52,866 bases of DNA from Nitrospirota bacterium (lineage in GTDB: Bacteria; Nitrospirota; UBA9217), in NCBI GenBank assembly GCA_963741205.1, contig CAVUHW010000011.1, positions 1 to 52,866 on the forward strand, given 5' to 3'. Position numbers and translations under genes: made by a program. Numbering within the stretch: the stretch's first letter is position 1; every line of letters begins with the position of its first letter. Below, one piece after another: positions 1-9,219 of this stretch. Under the pieces are notes generated by a model, which saw only the letters and a list, made by a program, of their open reading frames with translations, did no database searches and was not told where the DNA came from.

Positions 1-1390
1 GTCAAATGGGTGGAGAGCCGCCGCGAGAGCTACGGGTCCACGATCCACGGGCGCGACCACATCACGTATCTCGAGATCGCCGGTACCCGTGCCGGCGAAG
101 TGACCGGCCTCCGGGTCAAGACCTACGCCAACATGGGCGGGCGCCTGTCCACGGTCGGACCTGGCGTGGCGACCACCCTCTACGCCCGCGTCCTCTCCGG
201 GCCGTACAAGTTCCCGAACGTCTCGTGCGAGGTGACCGGCGTCTACACCAACACGACGTTCGTGGACGCCTACCGGGGCGCGGGACGGCCGGAGGCGACC
301 TACGTCGTCGAGCGGGCGATGGACCTGTTCGCGGGCGGAGATCGGGATGGATCCGAGCAGAGCTCCGCCGCCGGAACTTCATCGCTCCCGACAAGTTCCC
401 CTACGACAACCGTCGGGTCTGGGCACGGCGGGTCAACGGCGAGAAGATCTTCGTCGATTCGGGTAACTACGAGCCGGCGGATGGACAAGGCCCTTGCCAC
501 CGTGGGCTACAAGCGACATGGGAGCGGCGAAGAAGGCAGACGCACGGTGCGCGCGGCAAGTACCTCGGCGTCAGGCTTGTCGACCTACATCGAGGTCTGC
601 GGCGTTGCGCCTTCGAAGTGGATCGGCGCCGTCGGTGAGGGCTGGGGCGCCGCGATGTGGAAATCGGCGAACATCAAGGTCCACCTGACCGGCAAGATCA
701 TCGCCACGGTTGGCACCCAGCCCCAGGGCCAGGGCCACGAGACGACCTACAGCCCAGGTGATCTCCCATGAGCTCGGGGTGCCCATGGAGGACGTCATCG
801 ATTCCAGCACACTCCGACACCCCAGGGGACGCCATTCGGCTACGGCTCGTACGGCAGCCGGACGAGCTCCGTCGGGATGAGACGGCCGCCGTCAAGGCGG
901 CCGGGGGGAAGATCCGCGAGAAGGCACGCCGCTACGCCGCCCACATGCTCGAGGCGGCGCCCGACGACCTCGTGCTCGGCGACGGTCGGGTGACGGTGCG
1001 CGGGACGTCGATCGGCCTCGACCTGGCCGAGGTGGCGGAGCGGGCGTGGCAGGGCTTCCTGCTGCCGGAGGGCATGGAGCCCGGCCTCGACCACGACGGC
1101 CATCACGACCCGGCGCAGTTCACGTGGCTCGTTCGCCACCCACGTGTGCCGGGCCGCCGTCGATCGCTCGGACCGGCGCCGTCGAGATCGAACGCTACGC
1201 GGTCGTGACGACAGCGGGAACGAGGTCAACCCGACCATCGTCGAGGGCCAGATCCACGGCGGCATCGCCCAGGGCCTCGGCGCGGCGCTGCTGGAGGAGG
1301 TCGTCCACGGGCCCGACGGCCAGCCCCGGACCGACCCTGCTCGACTACGCCTTGCCCCGCGCGTCGTGGTTCCCCGAACATCGAGCTACC
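1..1390 (+). CDS. Partial, multiply frameshifted xanthine dehydrogenase-family molybdopterin-binding subunit (form II CoxL-like)
   Basis: Motifs spread over several frames: [40 protein letters not shown]. Both ends missing; visibly higher GC than the rest of the window. Confidence 0.8.
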
Positions 1391-1536
1391 TCCAGGATCA
1401 TGGACGAATCCCGCGAAGCCCCTGATAACCTCCCGGACCCGACGTCATCGTCTAGGAGAACGTGGAGGACCTTTAGCGGCTATGTCGGCTGAATTTGGTT
1501 AGAGGATTATATTTTATAGGACAAAAGGCTGAACAA

Positions 1537-1673
1537 ATTGGAAGCATAAGTTTTCCGCCAGTTCATCATATAAATTATTACTCGGTATATCAATTACTTA
1601 TTATCTATTGCGAGACGAAATTCACGATTGGAAGCAAAAGTTTTCCAGGCATGATTGGAAGCATAAGGCTTCC
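1537..1673. repeat. Three direct copies of a 20-bp motif ATTGGAAGCA(T/A)AAG(TT/GC)TTCC
   Basis: Copies at 1537-1556, 1627-1646, 1654-1673. Partial inverted copy GCGGCAAACTTATG at 1733-1746; related AAAAGCATAAGGTTTTCC at 2868-2885. Confidence 0.85.
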
Positions 1674-1797
1674 GAAAGGATCTTGAAAACGTGAAGGCTG
1701 GATAAGGTACGCAAGTGACTTCTTGAGCATGAGCGGCAAACTTATGGGTATATCTCATAATGTGTCCCTAAGGCGAACTAATTAGACCATAATTATG

Positions 1798-1825
1798 ATT
1801 TGACATAATATACATTATCAGACAA
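1798..1825 (-). other. dif: dif site (XerCD chromosome dimer resolution site)
   Basis: Minus strand reads TTGTCTGATAA-TGTATA-TTATGTCAAAT versus E. coli GGTGCGCATAA-TGTATA-TTATGTTAAAT: identical central hexamer, 10/11 XerD arm, conserved inner ATAA of XerC arm; AT-rich intergenic context. Confidence 0.85.
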
Positions 1826-1941
1826 TTATTAGTTTATGATAGGCAGCCGAGTCTGCATCCAGCGGTTATGAAGGTTTGCGAGACCGCAACGAACTAATAT
1901 TGCCGTGTTTTTTGTAGCTTCTCTTTCTGCAATCTTGAGCT

Positions 1942-2808
1942 CTAAAATTTAACGCTCATCATGCCGACAAGCCTGTCGGAATCGTCATAACCTTCCGTTT
2001 TCTTGTGCAGAAATTGCGTGCCGATTGTGACGTTAAATCTTTCGTTTAACAATCGTAAACCGTACATTGCCGCCGAATAATCACCGCCCTCAAGGGGTAT
2101 CTTTTCTCTTCCATGGACTATGGTGTATTCGACAAAAATTTGAAGGTTGCGATACTTGCTGATTGGAAATAGCAACCCCATGTTAAGGACCTCCCATATG
2201 TCCTTAAGGCTCTTATCGGACAGGTCCTGTCCTCTAAGCTGCGCGTCGGCGTAGATTCCGAGTATATGGTCTCCGAATTCGATCTCGGAGCCTGCGGATA
2301 AACCTACGAGAGCGCCCCAATGAACTACGGTGCTGATCTTCGGGTCGGGGTTATTTCCCAGCGGAACCATGCCCCCGATTATAAGGGCAACAGCGGGACG
2401 CGGCGAAGCTTCTATCGGCGGCAGAAAGTTCCACTTGTAGGAAAGTTGAAAATCACCTGCTTTCCGGTCCGCCGTGGCGGTCGCCGTTGGTCCTTCCTTG
2501 AGTTCAAAATAGGACGCCCGCAGTGCAAGTTCGGAATTATGGGGCAAACCGACGGTTACGCTCAAAGGATATTCCGTTATCGTAAAGTCCGGTTTGACGC
2601 TGTTTTCACTCAGAATAGATGCCGCGACCTCGACTGTGCCTGAGACCGCCGTATAGGGACTGGTAGTAACCAATAGCCCTGTGAGGCCGGACGTATTTAC
2701 CGGCCGGTTGACCATCTCGATTTCCTCGGCTAAAGCTTCAACCGAAAGACCGAGGGATATGATTATAATGACGATCTGGAGAAAAACTTGTTTTGAGAAA
2801 TTCGGCAT
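1942..2808 (-). CDS. Secreted putative outer-membrane beta-barrel protein (YjbH-like N-terminal GLTGLL motif)
   Basis: Signal peptide ending EALA, alternating beta-strand pattern, C-terminal Phe (MMSVKF); start at ATG 2808 chosen from the signal peptide. Confidence 0.6.
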   Translation of the reverse strand: MPNFSKQVFLQIVIIIISLGLSVEALAEEIEMVNRPVNTSGLTGLLVTTSPYTAVSGTVEVAASILSENSVKPDFTITEYPLSVTVGLPHNSELALRASYFELKEGPTATATADRKAGDFQLSYKWNFLPPIEASPRPAVALIIGGMVPLGNNPDPKISTVVHWGALVGLSAGSEIEFGDHILGIYADAQLRGQDLSDKSLKDIWEVLNMGLLFPISKYRNLQIFVEYTIVHGREKIPLEGGDYSAAMYGLRLLNERFNVTIGTQFLHKKTEGYDDSDRLVGMMSVKF

Positions 2809-2933
2809 GTACAATGTATACTCTTTAAAAGGAGATACTTCAACCGGCATCCGCATGCCGACGTGAAAAAAGCATAAGGTTTTCCGAGTCCTTCATGAGC
2901 AAAAAACATGAGCCTTCAGGCAGCTCACAACAT

Positions 2934-3929
2934 TTAACCGGGCAGTTCGATGAGCGAATGGTCGCCGATGTTCATGCGACGGTAGGAGCCGATCAGATGG
3001 ACCGAGTCGCCGAGTATGGAATCGTGGAGCACCATGTTGCGCACTTCACTGTTCGTGTTGATGATCGATTCCCTGATGATGCTGAGCTCGATGACGCTTC
3101 CTTCTGCCACCGTTACATGAGGACCCACGACGCTGTCGCGCACGACGGCGCCTTTATCGATATGGACCGGTTCGATCAGCACGGAATTGATCACCTCGCC
3201 GCGCACCTGGTGCCGCCCGCGCAGGAGGTAGCGGTTGGTCTCCAGGAGTGTCTCCGGCTTTCCGCAATCGAGCCATGCGTCGATTTCCGGAGCTCGGAGC
3301 TTGCGGCCGTCCCTGACCATGCGCATGAATACCGGCGGAAGGTAATACTCGCCCTTCACCCTGTCGCCGGAAATTATGGAATCAGAAAGGTAATGCATGA
3401 AAGAAGGGCCGTCTTTGAGGTAGTAAAGCCCTACCTGGGCAAGGCGCGAGACCGGCGTCTCCGGCTTCTCCACCATGTTGACGATGTATTCTCCTTCGAG
3501 GACATTGACGCCGAAGCGCTGGTAGTCATTCACCTCTCTGGAGAAGATGAGACCATCGCAGTCTTTGCAGAGGCCGGGGATCAGTGAAAGGTCGGCCACA
3601 AAGATCGTATCATTGAAGACGATGAGGATATCATCGCCTTTTTCGATCCGGGAAGCTGCAAGGGATACCGCGTGGGCCGGCCCCTTCCGGTCGCTTTGGA
3701 CAACATACTGGCAGGAGAGTTCGGGAAACCTGCGCATCATGAATTCCTTGATTTGCTCCCCGTTCTCATCGATGACGAATATGTACTCCTGCGCTCCCAG
3801 GGGAGCAAGGCGGTAGATGATGTGTTCGAGCACCGTTTTCCCGGCAACGTGAACGAGGGACTTCGCCTTGGTGTGTGTGTGGGGCCGCAGTCTGGTTCCT
3901 TTTCCCGCGGCGGGTAGTATGATTTTCAA
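2934..3929 (-). CDS. Sugar-phosphate nucleotidyltransferase (long-form glucose-1-phosphate thymidylyltransferase-like)
   Basis: ILPAAGKGTRLRPHTHTKAK, VEKP, WLDCG and a C-terminal hexapeptide beta-helix; TTG start with AGGAGG RBS. Confidence 0.88.
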   Translation of the reverse strand: MKIILPAAGKGTRLRPHTHTKAKSLVHVAGKTVLEHIIYRLAPLGAQEYIFVIDENGEQIKEFMMRRFPELSCQYVVQSDRKGPAHAVSLAASRIEKGDDILIVFNDTIFVADLSLIPGLCKDCDGLIFSREVNDYQRFGVNVLEGEYIVNMVEKPETPVSRLAQVGLYYLKDGPSFMHYLSDSIISGDRVKGEYYLPPVFMRMVRDGRKLRAPEIDAWLDCGKPETLLETNRYLLRGRHQVRGEVINSVLIEPVHIDKGAVVRDSVVGPHVTVAEGSVIELSIIRESIINTNSEVRNMVLHDSILGDSVHLIGSYRRMNIGDHSLIELPG

Positions 3930-3980
3930 TTACCCCTCCTTCCATCCGCATTAGCTAACAAGCTGGTGAGCTATGTTCAA

Positions 3981-4952
3981 TTACCGTTTTCTTTCCCAGT
4001 CCCATGCCGTTTTGATGATGTCCTCCAAAGAATCATGTTTCGGGATCCACGCTAATGTCCTCTTAATCTTTTCATTGTCTGCGATCAGAACAGGAGGGTC
4101 GCCCGGCCGCCGCGGGGCGTCCCGGACCGTGAAGTTTTTCCCGGTCACCTTCTTCGCCTCATCGATCACTTCTCTCACGGAATAGCCATGCCCATATCCG
4201 CAATTGAAGACGTCGCTTTTGCCGCCGTCCCGAAGATACCGAAGGGCCTGAAGATGGGCGTCCGTAAGGTCCTCGACGTGGATATAGTCCCGTACGCAGG
4301 TGCCGTCGGGAGTAGGATAATCATTACCATAAACGCTGATGCCCGCACGTTCGCCTTTGGCGGTTTTGAGAATCAAGGGTATCAGGTGCGACTCGGGATC
4401 ATGTCTTTCCCCGATCCTTCCCCCCGGGTCGGCCCCGGCCGCGTTGAAATACCGGAGCGCCGCGTACCGGAGGCCTGATGAGACCGCCATGTCTTCCAGC
4501 ACCTTTTCCACAAAGGCCTTTGCATGGCCGTAGGGGTTTATCGGTTTTATGCTTTCCTGTTCCCCTATCGGGCTTTTCCCGGGGTTGCCGTAGACGGCCG
4601 CAGTCGATGAAAAAATGAAATTGTTCACACTATATTTCGCAAGGACGTTCAGGAGGTTTACGGTATTTGCGGCGTTGTTGTGATAATATTTGATGGGCGC
4701 CCTAACCGACTCTCCAACCTCGATAGAGGCGGCGAAATGCATGACCGCATCAGGCTTGAATTCCTTTACAGCCTGTTCCAGCAAAACCGTGTCCGCGAGA
4801 TCGCCGACAACGAGCGATCCGCATAAGACCGCGTCCCTGTGGCCTTTCGAGAGGTTGTCGTAAACAAGGACCTTGAATCCTTTTTCTCCCAGAGATTTGA
4901 CGACGTGACTTCCGATATATCCGGCCCCGCCGGTAACAAGAATAGATTCCAA
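3981..4952 (-). CDS. galE: UDP-glucose 4-epimerase
   Basis: GGAGYIGSH, FSSTAAVYG, LRYFNAAGA, DGTCVRDYIHVEDL; TTG start. Confidence 0.93.
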   Translation of the reverse strand: MESILVTGGAGYIGSHVVKSLGEKGFKVLVYDNLSKGHRDAVLCGSLVVGDLADTVLLEQAVKEFKPDAVMHFAASIEVGESVRAPIKYYHNNAANTVNLLNVLAKYSVNNFIFSSTAAVYGNPGKSPIGEQESIKPINPYGHAKAFVEKVLEDMAVSSGLRYAALRYFNAAGADPGGRIGERHDPESHLIPLILKTAKGERAGISVYGNDYPTPDGTCVRDYIHVEDLTDAHLQALRYLRDGGKSDVFNCGYGHGYSVREVIDEAKKVTGKNFTVRDAPRRPGDPPVLIADNEKIKRTLAWIPKHDSLEDIIKTAWDWERKR

Positions 4953-5288
4953 GAATCGAGCCTCCGACGGTCAGGTTATGATCTTAAATGCCGAACAGCA
5001 AACCGGCGATTTAACTGAAAATTAACCGCGAATAACTCCGGCTATATTACAATACCGGCGGCAAAAAGTAAATAAAAGCGATGATACTATATTCCAGCGC
5101 GACGCCTCTCGGTCGACATTGGTGAATACTGCGGCAGGCAAGGCCGTATAGGCCGGGCAAAAGACAATCGATAAGAGAAGCCCGATTTAGCTCAAGGCGA
5201 TCCCGATCGAAATATAATCCGTCACTGCCGTTGTCCGGCGGGGTTTTAACAAAATAACCTCAGGCCTGTTTCCCGGAATGATGCGCTG

Positions 5289-5891
5289 TTACTTCTGTCC
5301 TATCTTCGGTTCTGATCCGGAAATGAGTCGTTTGATGTTTTCCCGGTGCCGGTAGTAGATCAAGCCGAAGATGAACAGAGAAAGCGAGCCATAGGGTTTT
5401 GAGGGCTGGGGCGGGACAGCGAGGGTCACAAGTGGATAACTCGCGAAGGCGATAAGGGCGGAGAGCGAAGAATAACGCCAGAGGACAGCCGCGATAAGCC
5501 AAACGAGAAGCGAGATCAAACCTATCAAGGGAGAAACGGCAAGGACTACGCCGAAGCTCGTCGCGACCCCCTTCCCTCCCTTGAACCTGAGGTATACCGG
5601 AAAATTGTGGCCCAGGACCGCGGCAGCGGCCGAGAGGGCCGTTGTCATATCGTCGTTGAACAGCAAGCGCGCGGTGAACGCGGGAAGAAACCCCTTCAGG
5701 CCGTCAGCCAGCAGGGTCAGGACTGCGGCCTTTTTCCCCGCGGCCCGGAGCACGTTCGTCGCGCCGATGTTTCCGCTGCCGACGGTGCGGACGTCGATCC
5801 CGGAGAATATCCTGGTAAAAAAGAGCCCGAAGGGAATGGCGCCGATGAGATAGGAGGCGATGATTGCGAGTATTTGAGTTAAGGGATTCAT
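5289..5891 (-). CDS. plsY: Glycerol-3-phosphate acyltransferase PlsY
   Basis: GSGNIGATNVLR, GHNFPVYLRFKGGKGVAT, HRENIKRL; start set at MNPLTQ. Confidence 0.93.
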   Translation of the reverse strand: MNPLTQILAIIASYLIGAIPFGLFFTRIFSGIDVRTVGSGNIGATNVLRAAGKKAAVLTLLADGLKGFLPAFTARLLFNDDMTTALSAAAAVLGHNFPVYLRFKGGKGVATSFGVVLAVSPLIGLISLLVWLIAAVLWRYSSLSALIAFASYPLVTLAVPPQPSKPYGSLSLFIFGLIYYRHRENIKRLISGSEPKIGQK

Positions 5892-5905
5892 ATGGAGCGA
5901 GTATA

Positions 5906-5990
5906 TGGAGCGAGCCAACCATGTTGGCGTGAAGTAAAGATTTAAAGATAAGAAGAGGCTAAATCACGGCAACGCGGTTGCCTCGGTCCA
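5906..5990. repeat. REPIN-like inverted doublet, family A, copy 1
   Basis: Arms TGGAGCGAGCCAACCATGTTGGCGT (5906-5930) and inverted ACGGCAACGCGGTTGCCTCGGTCCA (5966-5990). Confidence 0.9.
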
Positions 5991-5994
5991 TAAA

Positions 5995-6543
5995 TCAACT
6001 CAGCTTCTGCCAGTACGTCCGGAAATACCGGACCGCGGAGTAGACTGCCAGGACCATGGCGGTCCAGAGAGCCACTGTGCCCAGGTCCCTCAGCCACTCT
6101 TTCGTAAGATAGTAATCGAGGAGCAGCGACAAGACCGCGGTGATCTGGGCGCCGACCTTGTATTTTCCCACGGTCTCCGCGGGAATGATGATCCCGTCGC
6201 TCGCCGCGATCGCGCGCAGCCCGGTAACGGCGAATTCCCTCCCGATGATAAGGATCGCGATCCAGGAGTGGACGATGTCCGACCGTATCTCAACCAGGAT
6301 GACCAGCGCGGACATGATCAGGATCTTGTCCGCGATCGGATCAAGCAGCTTGCCCGCCTTGGTCACCTGGCCCCACTTGCGCGCGAGATAGCCGTCGAGC
6401 CAGTCGGTGGCGGAGGCCAGGGAGAAGACGATCCCCGCGGCGAGCGCGCGGACAGGGCTCGGTTCCAGCATGAGGATGATGAAGACGGGCACCGACAGGA
6501 TCCTGCTGAGCGAGAGCAGGTTCGGTACGTTGAGTAGCTTCAC
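5995..6543 (-). CDS. pgsA: CDP-diacylglycerol--glycerol-3-phosphate 3-phosphatidyltransferase
   Basis: NVPNLLSLSR, TDWLDGYLARK, GKLLDPIADK, REFAVTGLR; GTG start overlaps the upstream stop. Confidence 0.92.
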   Translation of the reverse strand: MKLLNVPNLLSLSRILSVPVFIILMLEPSPVRALAAGIVFSLASATDWLDGYLARKWGQVTKAGKLLDPIADKILIMSALVILVEIRSDIVHSWIAILIIGREFAVTGLRAIAASDGIIIPAETVGKYKVGAQITAVLSLLLDYYLTKEWLRDLGTVALWTAMVLAVYSAVRYFRTYWQKLS

Positions 6544-7440
6544 GGTTGTCTCCTCCAGCGGCGGTGCATCCAGACCCACTGTTCCGGCTGGCTCCGGATG
6601 GCTTCTTCTATTTTCCTCGTCAGCATGGCTGTGTTCGCAATGATATCCTTGTCTCTGTCGCCCGTTGTGATCAGGTCCAGCGGGCCCTCGATAGTCACGC
6701 CGTGCCTGTTGTCGGCGGTGCGGTGAACGTATCCGAAGATCACCGGGGCGCCGAACTTGATTGCCATGGAGGCCGCGGCCGTCGGCGTCCAGGCGGGCCT
6801 GCCCATAAAGTCGACGAAGGCGCTTTCCACGTCGGTATCCTGGTCGATCAGGATGCCCAGGATGCGGTTTTCGCGGAAGATGCGGATCAATTCCTTCGCC
6901 GCGCCCGGTCTGTTGCGAAGGACGGTCCTTACACCCATCCCGGCGCGCAGCCCCACGATCATATCGTTTACCTGCTCCGGCTCAATAGGCGCGGCGATTA
7001 CGCTCAGGGGGTGGATCGCCGCAACGGCATGGCCCATCACTTCCCAGTTGCCGATATGTCCGGTTACATAGACGACGCCTCTTCCCCGTTCGAGCGCCTT
7101 GTGAAGGTTTTCTTTACCCCGAATATCGACGATCCGCGCAAGGCGGCCGGGGGTTATGAGCATGACTTCGAGGAGCGCCTTGCCGAGATGAACAAAACTT
7201 TGCCGGGCCGTGCGGCGCACCCACGACGGGCCTTTTTCTCCAAAGACCATGGTCAGGTGAGTGACGGCCCTCGTTCTTTCACGGCGCAGCAGATAGTACG
7301 AGATGAATCCGAACGCGCCGCCCGGCGCAGACGCCGATGCGATACGGTACGATGCGGGAAAATATCCGGATGCACCCGGTCAGCCAGATCAGGGAAAGAC
7401 GGGTAAGACGTTTTCTCGTCTGAACGAGCCAATCGCTCAT
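6540..7440 (-). CDS. Lipid A late acyltransferase (LpxL/HtrB family), frameshifted near 7250-7320
   Basis: TGHIGNWE, ILIDQD, PEQWVWMHRRWR; N-terminus MSDWLVQ lies in another frame. Confidence 0.85.
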
Positions 7441-7466
7441 GATGCAGATGTGAAAAGTAATTTTTC

Positions 7467-7539
7467 AACGCGGAGGTCGCAGAGAAAAACGTGAGCGGTG
7501 AGCGTCTTATCTCGGCGCCCTCCGCGCACTCTGCGGTAA
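7467..7539. repeat. Intergenic inverted repeat, family C (9-nt periodic CGCAGAG/CTCTGCG)
   Basis: ACGCGGAGGTCGCAGAG ... CTCGGCGCCCTCCGCGCACTCTGCGGT; related to 22604-22685 and 17465-17562. Confidence 0.75.
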
Positions 7540-7564
7540 AACCGACTTGTTATTGATTTGTCAT

Positions 7565-8083
7565 TCATGAGACGGCCTGCTTACCCCGGTTTTTCAGGAG
7601 AAGGTTGATGAATTCGCGCACGGCGCCCCTGCCCCCGGCGGCCTTGGTGATCATGTCGACGTGCGGTCTGACGGAGGGATCGGAATCGGCTACGGCAACG
7701 GCCAGACCCGCGCGTTTCAGCACGCCCAGGTCCACGATATCGTCTCCCATGAAGGCGACCTCGCTGTCCCGGAGCGCGTACTTTGCGAGCAGGGACTCAT
7801 AAACCGCGATCTTTTCATGGGCGCCCTGGTGGACTTCCTGGATGCCGAGCTCCCGCGCGCGGATGTTCACGACCGCGGACTTCCTGCCGGTAATGATGCC
7901 GATGGTGATCCCCGCGCGCTGGGCGAGCTTGATCCCATGGCCGTCGCGCACGTGGAAGGCCTTTGTTTCGTTACCCTGGGCGTCCAGAAGAATCGTGCCG
8001 TCGGTCAAGACCCCGTCCACGTCGAGCAGGAGGAGTTTTATTTTTTTCGCCTTTGCCGCGATGCTTGTTTTTGCTTTTTTCAT
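7565..8083 (-). CDS. kdsC: KDO 8-phosphate phosphatase
   Basis: LLDVDGVLTDG, RDGHGIK, MGDDIVD, GGRGAVRE. Confidence 0.93.
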   Translation of the reverse strand: MKKAKTSIAAKAKKIKLLLLDVDGVLTDGTILLDAQGNETKAFHVRDGHGIKLAQRAGITIGIITGRKSAVVNIRARELGIQEVHQGAHEKIAVYESLLAKYALRDSEVAFMGDDIVDLGVLKRAGLAVAVADSDPSVRPHVDMITKAAGGRGAVREFINLLLKNRGKQAVS

Positions 8084-8094
8084 GACTTGAATAA

Positions 8095-8160
8095 GGCGCA
8101 TAGCGCATAGCGAAAATCTTTAGCACCATACGCCATGCGCTCTGCGCTATGCTCTCTGCC
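8095..8160. repeat. Heptamer-periodic inverted repeat, family D (GCATAGC/GCTATGC)
   Basis: GGCGCATAGCGCATAGCG ... CGCCATGCGCTCTGCGCTATGC between kdsD and kdsC. Confidence 0.8.
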
Positions 8161-8163
8161 GGA

Positions 8164-9135
8164 TCATACCACCCCCGCCTTCAGCAGATCGTGGAGATGA
8201 ATGACCCCTTCAGGTCTTGACGAGTCGTCCGCGACGAGGAGACAGGTAATGGAATTCTTCTCCATGATGGCGACGGCTTCGGCGGCGAGGAAATCCTTCC
8301 TGGCGACCTTCGGGTTCCTGGTCATGATCTCCTCGGCTTTTTTTGTCAGGAGGTTCTCGCCCGTCTTCTCGGTCTTTTCCATCCAGCGCCGGAGGTCGCC
8401 GTCGGAAATGACGCCGATCAGTTTTCCCGACCCGTCGACAACAGAGGTGATACCCATCTTTTTCGACGATATTTCGTAGATCGCGTCCTTGATCAGGGTC
8501 GTCGCGGCAACCACGGGGACATCGTCTCCTGTGTGCATCAGGTCCCTGACCCGGAGCAGAAGCTTCCTGCCGAGAGCGCCGCCGGGGTGGAAGCAGGCGA
8601 AGTCCTCCTCCCTGAACCCCCGTTTGTCGAGGAGCGCCACGGCCAGGGCGTCGCCCATGGCCAGGGCGGCCGTCGTGCTTGCCGTGGGCGCGAGCCCGAG
8701 GGGGCAGGCCTCTTCCTTCACGCCGACGTTGATCACGACGTCGCTGTTTTTGGCCAGCGTCGATTCGGAATTGCCCGTGAGGGCGATGATCTTGATCCCG
8801 AGCCGCTTGAGCGACGGCAGCATCCTGGCTATTTCCTCGGTCTCGCCGCTGTTCGAAAGCGCTATGACCGCGTCCCCCCGCGTGACCATGCCGAGGTCGC
8901 CGTGGATGCCTTCGGCCGGGTGCAGAAAGAGGGCCGGCGTTCCGGTCGAAGCGAGCGTGGCGGCAATCTTCTTTCCGATCAGGCCGGACTTTCCCATGCC
9001 GGTGACGACCACGCGGCCTTTGCAGTCCAGGATCATTTCCACGGCCCGTTCGAAGCTGCCGTCGATCCGGTCGATGAGCGCTGAAATGGCATCGGCTTCG
9101 ATCCTCAGTACTTTTTTTGCCTGTTCGATTGACAT
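8164..9135 (-). CDS. kdsD: Arabinose-5-phosphate isomerase (SIS + CBS domains)
   Basis: TGMGKSG, STGTPA, HGDLG, APTASTT, FHPGGALG and a CBS pair; start MSIEQ. Confidence 0.94.
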   Translation of the reverse strand: MSIEQAKKVLRIEADAISALIDRIDGSFERAVEMILDCKGRVVVTGMGKSGLIGKKIAATLASTGTPALFLHPAEGIHGDLGMVTRGDAVIALSNSGETEEIARMLPSLKRLGIKIIALTGNSESTLAKNSDVVINVGVKEEACPLGLAPTASTTAALAMGDALAVALLDKRGFREEDFACFHPGGALGRKLLLRVRDLMHTGDDVPVVAATTLIKDAIYEISSKKMGITSVVDGSGKLIGVISDGDLRRWMEKTEKTGENLLTKKAEEIMTRNPKVARKDFLAAEAVAIMEKNSITCLLVADDSSRPEGVIHLHDLLKAGVV

Positions 9136-9146
9136 AATATAACCCC

Positions 9147-9219
9147 GGCATAGCGCATGGGGCATGGCGCAGAGCGTATCAGATTCTACGCTATGCGCTT
9201 TGCGCTATGCTCTATGGCC
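9147..9219. repeat. Heptamer-periodic inverted repeat, family D
   Basis: GGCATAGCGCATGGGGCATGGCGCAGAGCGTA ... TACGCTATGCGCTTTGCGCTATGCTCTATGGCC between kdsA and kdsD. Confidence 0.8.

Noticed and set aside
1-1390. Evidence that the host oxidises CO
   Set aside because: Motif is AYRGAGR (form II-like), not form I AYxCSFR, and the fragment is probably from another organism.
1537-1673. 20-bp repeats as a mini CRISPR array
   Set aside because: Repeat too short, spacers of 70 and 7 nt are irregular, and no cas genes are present.
4960-5285. Riboswitch or sRNA in long intergenic gaps (also 30550-30890, 47870-48150, 50100-50600)
   Set aside because: No recognisable family motif by eye; an Rfam/Infernal scan would be needed.
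9128-9144. Second dif-like half site (TTATGTCAAT on the minus strand)
   Set aside because: No XerC arm; it coincides with the kdsD start codon context.
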